Shown: one piece after another, positions 18,315 to 32,000 of the stretch
Layout of the letters: every line of letters starts with the position of its first letter
How positions within the stretch are numbered: position 1 is the first letter of the stretch
Assembly: GCA_002633005.1 (NCBI GenBank)
Contig: NMRA01000755.1
Span: forward strand, 102,608 to 166,607
Length of the DNA: 64,000 nt
Reading direction: 5' to 3'
From: Phoronis australis
Taxonomy: Eukaryota; Animalia; Phoronida
Notes under the pieces: model-generated
What the model saw: the letters and a program-made list of their open reading frames with translations, nothing else
Databases searched by the model: none
What the model was told of the DNA's origin: nothing
Position numbers and translations under genes: made by a program

Positions 18315-21300
18315 ATGGCGAAAAGGGGGTGGCGGTCGCTTCTTGCGACTTGCGTATATCTACTTGTGTTCTGGTTTTGTTTATCACCGTCAAATTGTAG
18401 TATACATGAAAATTCACACATCGAAACAGAAACAGACCATCATGTGGATTTACTGGAGGAGGTTTTTGCTTCCGAAGAATTTGAAGGTAAGGCAGTCCCG
18501 ACGTCTCACCGTGAGGTTGACAAGACAGTGCTTGTCCGATGGGCAGGTGGACCGTGTAGTCGCCCGGTATAGGAAACTGAGTTGTTGTACCGGTACATTC
18601 GCAACTATAACTCCAATGTATGCGGCTTTAGGCTAGTTACTGAGTAGTTTTTGGTTCAGCGCATGGACCTAAATCCGCCGCTGACGGCCGGGATGAAACG
18701 CAACTGAAGTACTGGTGCTCATTGGTTTTAGTTACATGTCAGGAATGTGTTGACGGTCTATGCGGTTCCTTTCGTTTCAGTTGTTCTCACCGTCGGTACT
18801 ATTATAATTCTTACTCGAATGCCTTCATGCTAAGTAGGCTAGCAGTTAGATAAAATGAATTTAGTTTAATGTACCGGTACTTAAAAACGGCACATCGCGC
18901 TGATCCAATATAAACACTTGCATAACCAAATTATATTTTCCTTACAAGCTCTCACACTCCCATCTATCGTATTGCTCAATCAGTATAATAGCGATATTCC
19001 GCCGGAAACCTAGAAATCTGTCTACGAGACCAGCATCACACGATTTAGTTCTGACTTTTCATGACGTCAATCAACTGCTCCTCAGTGAAATTTTTAATTT
19101 TCTCCGCTCATCTATATACAAAAATTCTATGTAATCTTATTCTTTCATATCACTCCAAAACACTTTTTGCTTTGTGTTAAACATTTATATTTCAGTGTCA
19201 AATTTCAAAGTTTATACCTGCTGCCTTGAAAATATTGCTACTCCATATTCGTTCGTGGCCAAATTTCTAGTTTAATTGTTTCAAAATGTTTCTCACTTAC
19301 TTCTCATCATGTTTGCTGAAATACCAAACTAAACATTACCTGCAAGCAAGCAATAAACACATTTTGTCGTCGCGTAGTCCCCAATTGCAGCTTATTTGCT
19401 GGTTAAAAATGAAATTAGTTTTACATCAGCAGTTTGTTTGAATATTTCAAAGTTAAGGTTATCATGACCTTACTTAACAAGTGTCTGCACATCACTGGGT
19501 TGTTCAAATATCTACAATTGTTGAATTAAAAAAAGTAAAAGTTTTTATTTTCTGAAAGTAGAATGCCCTTAGAACTTCGATTTTTGACTTCACACAAATC
19601 TACCATTAATGGAGTTACGTGATCTTGTCATCTTTTAGTAAAATTTAGGAAAAACGAAGGATAGTATTCCTATGACTAAACAAACTACCAATAACATTAC
19701 GAAATTTTGTTTGATACAATATTTTTTAACATGAAAGCCCGAAAACATTTTTTAATAATCACTTTGTTTTTATTTGAACACCAACTTTTGAATTTTTCGT
19801 AAAAACATGCAAATCCTACCTTCTGATAGTCCTCTTGCAAAAGTAAGCATCTTTAAAGACAATTGCTACCAGAGTTTTGAGTCACCCTTGTGACTAGTGC
19901 CGGCTGCCTCGCTCGAAGTAAACGAATGTATCCCGTTGATAAGACACAGTATAGCCTGGTGTACTACATGTATTATGGGATGTGGCAATACGCAATAATT
20001 TGGATATTGTACAATGTAGTTGCTGACAGTAAAATACAACAGGGACATTTGTTCCGTACGGTCTGAAACAGAATCAATCATGAAATATGCGGATTATCGC
20101 AAACAAATTGATCCCAAAACTTTCCATTGGCCTGCCAGTGATAACAGTGAGTTCGTATCCGTCAAAAGGAATTGAAAGGCAACCTGCTGACCAGAAGAAG
20201 ACCAAAATTGAAGGAATATTATCGGTTTCGGGGCTGTAAACGTATTTTTTGGGATCAATCCATGGGTAGACTTCTCGAAGTAATTAGCTCTCGCCAGAGC
20301 TGTAAACCAACATATTCCGTGACGTTTTTGTGCTTTTATTACAAATCGCCAACTATTGCTGTTGTGTGGTTGACATTCGCTAAAATCAAGACCGCAGCGA
20401 CTTTTCCAGTTAACTGCGCTTAAAATACTCTCATTAGCGAGAGGGACTACTATACATTTGCTTTTGTCAAAGGTTTCATTGCAACCGCGGTGGTTGTCGA
20501 TACTGACCTTAGAAATTCACCTTTTCTCACCGATAATGCACTTTTAAAAAATTTGGTCAAACGTGTTATACTACGATCTTACTGCATTTTTTGTTCTTGT
20601 TAAGAATTGAGGTTTTCTATCGTGGTTTGACACATGGGAAATTATGTAATCCGGTGTGTTGCACGCAGAGCACATTTTTTAAAAATCAAGCTGTCGATTC
20701 ATGTAGGTAACTACACTGTGAAAAGTCCGCTGTTGTGCTACTATCCACGGCTAGATTTACTCATTACCGAAACTTTCTCTTCACTCAATAAACGAAAAGT
20801 TGTTACGTTCACTCGGCGAAAAATATATTGTACTGTAGTGCATGTATGGTTCTCTATTTTAGAACAAAAATGACGCGAGCGTTTTTCATCTCAGTGCTAA
20901 AGCGAGTTGTTTTTGCTCTGTTCTATCGTTTTGATGGTCATTGAAGGACAGCTTGGGATCCTTAAAAAATTCAGCTGGCACTCGTTCTTTAGACAATTTC
21001 CAACGTCTCCAAAAAATCTGTCAAAGTTTGCTCATGACTTGCACTTTTTAGAGACAGACAGACAAACAAACCAATCAACGGTACCAACTGGAAACAATGT
21101 ATACATTAGAAGGCGGAGGTAGCGGCTACGCGCCGTTGCAGTGAACTATGACTACAGTTATCTTGTCACTTGGTCTTATCACCTTCCGATGTTCCGTACC
21201 ACCCCAGAGGCTCACACCGTATACACACACATTCACTCGTCTATGATTACTGCCCATTATCAGTCCAAAATACACAAATACAGCGTTCATATATCTTCAC

Positions 21301-24300
21301 ACCTCGCTTCTCCTCTAGTCTGCACTGAAAGTGACCTTACGGTCAAAGTTTAATTCCTACCCCGGCATGAGGCTAGATACGTATACGCCTCTATTTTGCT
21401 TTTCAAATTTTATGATATTTCCGTGTTGATATTATATAGATATAACAAATGTTTTAGCTTTCCGCACAGCAATACCATGCCTGGAGCTCAGTTCGTCAGT
21501 TTTTACAAGCTTGAACATGTAGACTATCCCAATAACAGTCTTGATTGTATTTTTATGAAGCACGCTCATTTTCTACAAGCAGCAGCGTTCCTTTCTCACG
21601 AAAAAGTGCTCGTGTGAAAATACATGTAAGACGTAACTAATACCTGTAATTGACTGTCCGTGGATTTTCAGGTACATATACTCAAAAACGTATTTTAGTT
21701 ATGAAAATTACGCTCCAATTCATTTGTAAACTCAAATGGTTAGTACACTGTAAGACTGGAATGTTGTATTCTGAGTTGAAACATAGCAAAATAAAACTTT
21801 ATTTCCATCCACTCTGTTTCCTGAACTATCAATAATAGATCAATAAATCAAGTGAAGCATGTCTTCGTGCTAACTCCGTTTGCAAAAGTTTCCAAAAAGT
21901 AATAGAGCTCACATCAGCTTTTTTAAATCTGCTTTAAATTCTACTATAATTGTTATAACAATACCATTTCCGTAACATGAATTTAGTTACATGAAAATGT
22001 ACTTGTAAACGATACATCCTGCTGTTCCTATATTAACACTTGCATAACCAAATTTCAGTTTCCTTGTGAGCTTTCACTCTTCCATCTCGTTTTATGGCTC
22101 CGTCATTACTTATTAGCGATCTGTTGTTATAGACCCTAGTCAGACTCTGTCGACCACATAAGTAGCAAAATTGACAGCATTTCACGATTTTTAAAAATTT
22201 ATTCTCATAACTTTCCGAATGACGTCAATAAAACACTCCCGAGTGAACTTGCCAACTTTCTCCATAGTAGCTTATCTCAATACCAAAGTACAACGTACTC
22301 TTATTCATATCAATCTTAAGACATATCTTTCTTTTGTCTAATTGTCTCTAGACGTGTAAATATTGACCGTTTACGTTTCAGTGTCCATTTTCAAACTAGT
22401 TTATAGAATTGAATTTCGATGTCTACCATTCCGTGAAGAACACCGCTCAAAATTACAAGAAAAATAACTTTGTTCACATGGATAAAAGACTATTGTCACG
22501 TTAAAAGAACACCATTTAGGAAGACCCGTTGACTAGATTAACTTGCATTGTAGCTTTTAACGAAAATGACACTGATAGACTATATTTGATTGTAATCTTC
22601 CAAACAGTGAACTTCGAATGAACACACAGTAGTTATTACCCTAGGAAGTCATTAGTCACGGATGATGTCATAATTAGAGTGTGTAGGTGTTAAAATTTAT
22701 GAATTACGCCACTTTACGGTATTGTCTGGGTCAAACAAGGTGTGCTGTCCTGTGTAAATGAGTTCTGGCACAGGTGTTATGATGTGGATGTGCAAAGCTA
22801 ATATTCAAGTTTGTCAAGCAAATCAGGATTTGATGGGAACGCGTTTTAAGAACTAGTTAAGCGTTTGCTCGAATCAGGTGAGTTCAATCTGCAATGATGA
22901 TCAATGAAGATAGACACAATGATATTGCCACAGAAAGAAGAGTTCGCTGATGTTGTACTGTGAAGTGGTTAAAAAAACACCATGCCTTTGTTGAAATGCC
23001 CTGTGTATGCAAACATCCCCTGAGATATTTACGTAAATAATAAAAAATGTTAAGTCTTAAAAGTAGTATGCGTATTGTTATTTTTCAAACTTTGTAATTT
23101 AAAAAGATCTAAATATTAATCAGAGGCAGAAAAGAATGGAAAGACCATATTAGGTAACTTTTATCTTGGAAATCGCTCATTTACAATACTATACGGTTTC
23201 CAGTGGGCCTGCAGGTCTTTTGCAAAAACATATCGGAATTAATGTATTGGAAATTTTTGGATAGAATTGTCAAATTTAAAGCTTTAAATTCAACGTTGCT
23301 ATACTTAGGTGGTATTTCAATCCTATTTACGGCTTACATGTAAATCGCACAATGGGTAAAATGGTCTCAAAAATTCCCTAGTCATGATCGAAATTCGTTT
23401 CTGCCAACCAGAAGAATGGAGAAATCTCCTGAGTTCCTTTTTATCAAAGTCAGTGAATTTATTAATTTTCGTGGAGCTTACGACGGACTCTCAGGTTGTG
23501 AAAACTGTTCTAAGACGAGAGGGCTGTGCGTGCCTGTTGAAAACGCCCCAGAAACAATACAGCACATACTAGAACACTTGTCGTGGTGTGTGCTCAGTGA
23601 GAAACTTTGACAGCGATACCAACAGTTATAAGTTAACATTCCCCATTATTGCAGAGCCCCTTGTGATGTGCGAGAAACCAGAACCTCCGGAAAATGGGTT
23701 TATAAAAGGAGAGGATTACAGCATCGGTGCCACAGTTCTTGTTAGATGTCACCACGGATACCACCTTGTTGGAAGTTCGCCGATGACCTGTCTGCCCGTA
23801 CCTGACCCTTTTAGGCGAGTCGCCATTTGGGATCCACAGGGAGAAAGAAAATGTTTAGGTCTGTGGAACACAACTGCACAGTCATTGTTTCTTTTCCAAA
23901 ATTTCACTTTCATTTGCTTACATGTACTAGTCCATTTAATCTCTGTTTACACGTTTTCGTTTTCATTTGAAAACGCCACTTTTCCTCTGTGGAGTTTCAA
24001 AAACTTCACTCTAGCTCCAAACAAATACGTTAAAACACCGCCGAAACTCAACCTTTTCCTTCAGAGTCTGCTAATACGACCGTAAAGTCTGGGTTGTCGA
24101 AGATTTGGTTTTCATCAGTCCATGCGAGTACTCTATGATCAGCGTTTTAGAAAAGTAGCATTTTTACACTGGTGTCGTTTTCAGTGCATACGTGTGGGCG
24201 AAGCCATATCCGAAAAAAGTTGCATATTCAAAACAATTTTGGAAAGCGTTTTCAAAAGTTTGTTTTTGTTTGTTTGTTTTTTTTTGTAATATCGGCCGTT

Positions 24301-26616
24301 CTCATTCCTGGCGTTTTTCAGCTGGCAAATTAAAGTCTTAGCGAAACTGCTAGCACTTTATCCAGCATGCGAATCGGGTATTAGTCGTGTAGACAAGACA
24401 TCGATATAATGACCCCTGCCAACTGGGTCTTTCCCAAAACGTTTCTCGTTTCCTCTCGTCCTGCCTTGGTTTATCTGATAAGGACAGCCTAATCGGTAAA
24501 AGGCTTAACTTTTTTCGCCTGGTGCGATCATCTTTTGCAAACATATTTCTTGTTTACAGTGGGGTGTACTTAGTTTACCATGGATCGCCCGGTGGGAGGC
24601 AAAGTGGGCCTTGCCTGTCACGATGATTATAATCAGTTCCATATCTTCATTGTCATACTGTATACAGGAAAATTAGCTTTACACTGGTGGTCTTCTTATT
24701 GAGTAAATTGGATCTGTTTAGAAAACATGTTGGAGGACGAAATTTTGGAAGACAAAGAAGAAAATCTAGAATTGTGGAATCCCGAAGAAAATCCATTCAC
24801 AAACCATGCAGGTCAGTACAAAATCGTAAACGACAACTACATAAAGTGAAGATATCACGTGCATTACAATAGTTTCAAGTCACTTTTAATTTTAACAATT
24901 CTTCTGCACAACCTGGAAGAACATCGGGATTCGACATTCGTATCAGAAGAGGAGGTCATATAGTTAACTTAAAAATGTGACGTAGGTACATTGTTTCATT
25001 TGGTCGCACAGTACGTCTACCAATTAGAAATTAGAAAACCCTAAAATATTTAGGTATGTGAAACATTCTTAACTGTAGCAAGTTCGTTTACAAAATCATG
25101 CCTCTCAGTCTTCTCATGTTATAGAAAGCGATTCGGAAGACGTAGAGGAGATTGAATACGGCGAATCGGTTTCGGAGAAAGAAAGTTCCGAGGAGTCCTC
25201 AGAAGAAAGCTCCGATGAGTCTTCGGAAGAAAGTTCCGAGGATTCCTCGGAAGAAAGTTCCGAGGAGTCCTCGGAAGAGAGGGAACACGACACAGAGGAG
25301 AGGGCAGCGCCTGGAGAAACTGAACCACAGTATGGGTTAGCAACAGGTACGTCATTCGTAAGGAATCAAGGAGTTGAAGAGTTTAAGNGTCACTTTTAAT
25401 TTTTACAATTCCTCTGCACAACCTGGAAGAACATCGGGATTCGACATTCGTATCAGAAGAGGAGGTCATATAGTTAACTTAAAAATGTGACGTAGGTACA
25501 TTGTTTCATTTGGTCGCACAGTACGTCTACCAATTAGAAATTAGAAAACCCTAAAAGATTTAGGTATGTGAAACATTCTTAACTGTAGCAAGTTCGTTTA
25601 CAAAATCATGTCTCTCAGTCTTCTCATGTTATAGAAAGCGATTCGGAAGACGTAGAGGAGATTGAATACGGCGAATCGGTTTCGGAGAAAGAAAGTTCCG
25701 AGGAGTCCTCAGAAGAAAGCTCCGATGAGTCTTCGGAAGAAAGTTCCGAGGATTCCTCGGAAGAAAGTTCCGAGGAGTCCTCGGAAGAGAGGGAACACGA
25801 CACAGAGGAGAGGGCAGCGCCTGGAGAAACTGAACCACAGTATGGGTTAGCAACAGGTACGTCATTCGTAAGGAATCAAGGAGTTGAAGAGTTTAAGATG
25901 GTCTAGTTGTAGGCTTGCTGGACTTTTTGCCTATTTGCTTAGTTGGTCCAATCTGTGAAACTCTACTAAAGAATCGCAGAATACCGAAATTAATAGAACA
26001 TATTCGTTTTGGAAAACTTATAACACAGTTGTTTATCTTTGATCGTGTTGATGGACCAAGAAACAGTTGGGCATTAACTTTACCACGGTGATAGCGTACG
26101 CGCTGATAATAGATTATGTACTGTGTATATTATTCGAAAAGTACGTCAGACAGAGCCCGGGTTGACTTTTTGCATACACTTCTTGCTTCTAATTGGCTAC
26201 GAATTAATGCGAATATAGACGTAATATATATTCGACATTTGTGGTGACACACAAATTGATGTCGCGCTGAGTCAACGCATTGGTTGAGTGTGAACGCTGA
26301 TGGATTTTAGTAATTGATTTTATACAATTGCGAATCGTTGACTTACAATTGGTCGGCGACAATCGAGAACTCCATACCGTTTGATTCCTGACGTGTGTAT
26401 GTAATTACAGGAGGCTCTGTGTCAGAAACAAGGAACATTGACAAACCTGAGCTATGTACGTTTTCAAAGGACAGTGGGCCGTGTAAGGCATTCTTCGAGA
26501 GATATTTCTTCAACATGGAAACGGGGCTGTGTGAAAAGTTTATTTATGGTGGTTGCCGTGGCAACCAAAACAACTTTGAAACGAAAGAGAAATGCAGTGA
26601 AGTTTGCGAAGAATAG
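18315..26616 (+). CDS. Secreted protein (~297 aa): signal peptide, Sushi/CCP domain, acidic linker, (SSEE)8 repeat, C-terminal Kunitz/BPTI domain
   Basis: All introns are phase 1 GT-AG. Exons: 18315-18486 (MAKRGWRSLLATCVYLLVFWFCLSPSNCS...), 23655-23858 (CEKPEPPENG...C.HGY.LVG...TC...W...C), 24722-24811 (NMLEDEILEDKEENLELWNPEE...), 25125-25346 (SSEE repeats; identical copy at 25635-25856) and 26411-26616 (C...DSGPCKAFFERYFFN...CEKFIYGGCRGNQNNFET.E.C...C*). AATAAA at ~26647 and ~26777. Joining exon 1 across the 5.2-kb intron is inferred, and additional exons are possible. Confidence 0.82.
18855..22400 (+). repeat. Two diverged copies of a ~370-bp segment (~18855-19212 and ~21977-22400) in intron 1 of the secreted-protein gene
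   Basis: Shared collinear blocks: atgaatttagtt, aacacttgcataaccaaatt, atgacgtcaat, tttcagtgtc. Confidence 0.7.
24879..25897 (+). repeat. 509-bp direct duplication around N at 25388, repeating the SSEE exon; probable haplotype artefact
   Basis: 24879-25387 and 25389-25897 are near-identical, with a few intronic differences. Confidence 0.9.
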
Positions 26617-26913
26617 TTCCTGGTGTCATACGCAAATATATCGTGCAATAAAGGCATTTGCTAACAGACATTTTGATAATCTATTGTCACTTCAGTGGCT
26701 TGTATCTGTTCATACATTTTCTGACAAAATTAACTAAATTTTCAAAGTGCAATACAGTTAATAAGTGATTTTGTAAAATAAACACCATTATCACACACGT
26801 ACACTGTACACGTACTGTATGTGACGGTATCACTGTTTATACATGCATACTCAGATAAATGTATAGTAACTCAGTTCAGCTTGATCGAATTTAACTTTGC
26901 TTAATCTTTGCAT

Positions 26914-27059
26914 TAAAAACAAGGGTTTGTAAAACAAATCAGACTAAAATATCTTGTCTGTTCGTTATTTTAAGTCATAATGCAAGTAAAAACAAGGGTT
27001 TGTAAAACAAATCAGATTAAAATATCTTGACTGTTCGTTATTTTAAGTCATAATGTAAG
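26914..27059 (+). repeat. 73-bp tandem duplication
   Basis: taaaaacaagggtttgtaaaacaaatcaga...aagtcataatg twice, with about 3 mismatches. Confidence 0.9.
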
Positions 27060-27668
27060 TTTATATAATAACACTCAATGATAGCACCAGGCACAAATTT
27101 ACACGAAATAAATTAGTTAGGGCAAATTTTGCTAAGTAATTCAGAACGTCATTGAGGACTTTCAATGTACATGTATGGCACAGACATCTCCATCCGTGGC
27201 CCTTTACTGAAGTGGAATATCGATGCCCGCCTTCTCATCACCCATGTTTCCAGAAAGTCAGTTTGATGTGTTTTTGTTTTATTCAGCAGTATGACGACGC
27301 GGTCTGGAATTAAGTTCTACCAACTATATTTTGGATTAAGCCAAAATGCAGTTGGCGGAAGAAACCATGATTGTGAATACGTGAATGAAGTTTGCTATAT
27401 CATACACTGTGTAATTAAAATCTCTACCATGCAAATGATCACAAGCGAAAGTCCCGGATGGCACATAACCTGGTCGGTGCCAGAAATCATACCTTTGTCA
27501 ACACGGTTGGAGTGAAACTTTCCAGAGAACTACGAAACAGTCTTTTTCCATCAAGGTCTACGACAAACTAGTAGAAGGTCATTTGCACAAACCATTTGGA
27601 AAAGCTTTCAGGCTACGGTAGCATAGTAGCAAGTACAAATTAAAATTGTTGATGGCAACGTTAGGACT

Positions 27669-27843
27669 AATTGACCTATCGCAAACTCCGCTCCCTTGGG
27701 TAATGTCGACAAACAATAAGTTTTACCCGGCAACTTGTTGTTTGTCGGGTAAAATGGCGGCTTGGAAACGAAGGTGTGTCAAGAATGCTGCAATCTGATG
27801 GGTCAGTTACGCCGTAATTCAAAATCCTGGCGATAGGTCAATT
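27669..27843. mobile_element. Small MITE (~175 bp) with 14-bp TIR
   Basis: aattgacctatcgc ... gcgataggtcaatt are perfect inverted termini. Confidence 0.7.
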
Positions 27844-29021
27844 CACTCAGAAGGCAATGTTCAGAGGAAGGTCCGACGACTCAAGTACGATTCTGAGCGA
27901 CAGAATGTACATGTACATGTATGACAGCGAGATTTTGAGTTAAATTAGATTGAAAATAGAAAAGCAAAACCGCTTATGCATGACAGTATTCTAGAATTCA
28001 TGCAAATCATGTTTTCAGATATTTTTCAGTGTTTAGAGACGACACAAGAACTAAAAATAAAGAAATTGTGTTAAATCATAGATTATGTATAGACAACAGA
28101 TTCGCAATTCCGACATTTTCTAGCGAAATATCTGAGGCGCCAATATCTAAAGATAGCAAACTCAGCTTCCGGTTATTGTATTGAGACCGGAAATTCTTCC
28201 ATCTATTTTACTGCTTAGTACAACGGAAAAAATCGTCATTGAACCGCTGTTCAATGTTTTCCAGTGGTAGAGTCAAGAAATTTTGAGCAGCACGGCGTGC
28301 ATTCGAGCTCTAATAATAGGCCTACGTCCCATGGTGGAGTATTTAAACTGCTGTTGAAGTGCAATGTTGAATTTTTGTGTAGGTCTAGTCGTTATTCCTG
28401 GGGTACTAATATGAGCTTTATTTAATAAAATAACGTTTTACGAGCGCTCAATTTATTTAAGCACAGATGTGAGTTGGGCAAAAACGCCGATCCAAATGCT
28501 GACGAAATGACCCTGATTAGCAGACGACCGTGCTATGACTGCCAGGTGTCGCGAGTGAAAAACGATGTCGCGGCTTATGCGTAAGATCACAGATTTTGTT
28601 CATTGAAAATTTACGGAGTTGGCGTTACATTCTATGATTAATCGAATAAACGTCAACATCTGCCGTTTTGTAGCATGTAAATCAGGTTTCACAGACATGT
28701 TATTTAATTTAAAAAATTGCTTATGGTGGGTGTAGTTTTGCACTCAGTGATGCAGACGCATAACGCACAGTTCAGTAATTGCATACTAGACTTAATGAGT
28801 ATCTATGGTTATTGTTTTATAGACGCCTGCACGATAACGTCACGGATGAGGTTGAATAGACTGACAGCAAAATGTAATCTCATTCTGAGAACAGGCACTT
28901 AATGTATTTTAAATAAACTTTATCTCTTAAAACAAAAACAAAAAAATAAATCTCAGGCACTGCGAAGACCACCCCAAAAGTCCCACGCAAAACTTCATCG
29001 TCTTAAAGATTTCCCAGCTAG

Positions 29022-32000
29022 TTACATATGTTGCGGACACAAGAACCTGCCCGTTTGTCCCGCAATAATGTAAGTCCCCACGTGACCGGAAACAACTGGA
29101 ATGTCTTCTGAGCGTGCGTTGAAGGAGCTAGCATTTTCCTGTTCTTCAGCTAAACTACTTTCACAGTAAGGTGGCGGACTCTCCGTGTACGGTGGCGGAT
29201 CCGGGGTGCCCATGTGCAATACAACACCCCTGCTGGAGTTGAAGAACGCGGATAGTCGTTGTTGGTGTTTAATGTCACGGAAATACTGGAGAGAACCTCG
29301 GCCTGCAGATAGTTCTTGAAACTGTGATATCACGCAGATATTGGATATTGCCTAAAAAGAGACAGTCGTCTTTACAATAGAAAGTGTCTGCCTCCATTAA
29401 ACCCTCGCTGTATAGTCACAACCAGACCAGGTTAGAGCCCGGGTAGCTAAAGTAGTCACACCCGAGCCAGCCAGGATAAAAGTAGTTAATGTATGTACAT
29501 GCCGAGGGTTATGCTGCCTTTACCCGCTAATAAACTGTTAACAATCAAAATTAATGCGCTCTGAAGAGCGACACCTGACGAAATCAGAATAAAATTTTAA
29601 AGGTGAGGTCGACGACGTAACCGAGAAAATGCGAACAAGCACAACCTCGACATTTATTACACCAACATGCTGATAAATGATAAACAATTAAAATGAGGAA
29701 TTAGTCAATAAAACGTCATGAAATCAGAAAAGAAGTTTTAAATAACTCGATACCGGTATGTCGTAGTAGAGAGAAACCAAAAACGTATTGCAGATAGCTG
29801 TGACATACCAAATTTGAGAAGGTTCAGTCAAAAGATTGCGGTGCAAGAACTTCCCAAACATTGTTCGAAAAATGATCAAATATAAGAATATGCCAAGGTT
29901 CTCAGCGGAAGGGGGCTTTACAGCGAGAAAAGAACGAGACCCGTCCCATATTACACCAACAGTTAAAAATTCAACTATATCGAAAATTTCAATTGCTATG
30001 CAAAAATAAATTTGATCGCGTATGCGGTTGTTTTCAGAATAAAACAGTGAATACACCTGCACTTTTTCCCAGTAAACATGAGAGTATTGGCCCAGTACTG
30101 GATTTCTGTTGCTTGATAACGCTTGTACCGTATACCGGTTTACGTTTCTGGGCCACGAATGGCCCAGTACCGTCCCCACGACACTAACCCAGTGAACTTT
30201 CCCTTAGCGGCTCGCCGGTATTGGACCGGTAAACACAGACTTGAACACAAGAGGGCAGTTAGAGGCTTGCCCACAGNTCGCGTATGCGGTTGTTTTCAGA
30301 ATAAAACAGTGAATACACCTGCACTTTTTTGAGGCGCGTCCTGCATCAGTCTTATGTGCATTGACATTTTACGAATAAATGGAGATTGGTGCTTGTATAT
30401 ACCACAGATTTCCGGTGTGTCCTTTCTTCTCGCCATTTGTTGACATGAACGACATTTTGATAATGAATGTCTTCCAACAATCCATTGCAGATTGACGCCT
30501 AGATTAACTGCTCAAGCATTGGAACTTACCAAACATAGTATACGAAATATATAGAATCCTTCAACCACGACATCAGTGATGGCGATCTGAAACGAAAATG
30601 CTGCACTGACGTTTTCTGACCTTTTTAATACGAACACTCCGGCTATGTAGATGGCTACAATGAGTGACTAAAATGTATATAACATGTCTTCATTTACTAG
30701 TTTATATAACACAGAATGGTCCCCGGTAAAAGATAACTCGATCTCGCGTCTCTTCCATCTGTAACACGAAGTGGTCTGTCACACACATCTAGTCGCACAT
30801 GCCACCTGGTGGCAGCGTCGGTACAAAACGCGATTTGAACTTGCGGCTGTTTAGGAGCCTCCCGTTCAGACTCGAACGAGTCTAGCGAACGACATTTTCT
30901 GATAGCGGCGCTCTTCCAAAACAACGCAGGATGATAAGTAAGGAAAATTTTTATGCTGATGAATTTTTATATGTAAGATTAAAACAATTAAGTTTTCATT
31001 GTGTAAAACAGTAAATCAATGACGTACTTTAGTTTAAAAACTGGTTAAACAGGTGTGTAGTGGCCATATGCAATATCGCACGTGCATTGTACATTAAGTC
31101 TAAAACTATATTTTTGAAGAGAAATTGCTTAATGCTCACGATAGGTACTAACGAGACAAATCTTACAACGGGTCTCTTCTTACGAGTCCTTATGTGGAAT
31201 TAGAATTTTCGTGAATCTTGACAAAAATATCGCAAGATCCCAAAATTGTGGAACTACATTGCAAGTGTTCACACGAGTAAAATTGTGGAAATCGCTGCAA
31301 ACAGTTGTTTGGAGGTCCTTATGTGTAGAAACGTGCAACACTTTCTGTTATGGAATGTAAGGGTACAAGCTGTGCTCTTGTCACAAATAGTACTAGTCTT
31401 ACCGGGGCATGGCGCTGAGTAGAAAGCAGAAGAAACGTTACTGAAGCGCCCTCACCGAGACATGGAGGAACCAATAATATCAACCAGGCCAACAATAGGA
31501 AACGTTTATCCTAAAATTGAAAAAAAAACAATGCGCATTTAAAGTGTTTTTACTCCCATATCTTATCGATATTCAATCATAAACTTGCATCATTTTTTAC
31601 TAAATATAAATGACATAGATCTTGCGTTGTAAGTATATGAGTAGAACAAACTGTGCACTGGAGATGCGATTATTTTCTTGTTTAAAATGGTTTTATTTTA
31701 TTTTTTGAAAGAAAACGGGCGCTCGACAGTGTGGTAGGACCCGTGACTTTCCAAACGATGCTGCGTTTGTTTCTCAAATAGAATATTTTAAGTATCGTGT
31801 TCTTTAACTTTAAAAACTGATTGCGATCATGTAAGCCTAGCACTTCGACTGCCTATACTGTACACGTCAAGACTTACCAACAGAACCCCAACGAGCAGAA
31901 CACACGACAACAATAATACTGCCGTGTTGGAAGCGAAGACGAAGATGACGACATTTCTTATACCTGCAACACACAACGACATTAACTGCGATCACTCAAG

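Noticed and set aside
25152-25850. Basic RKKVPR-repeat ORFs (+) and PRNFL-repeat ORFs (-), resembling protamine or neuropeptide precursors
   Set aside because: They are alternate frames of the SSEE exon; the splice phases select the acidic frame.
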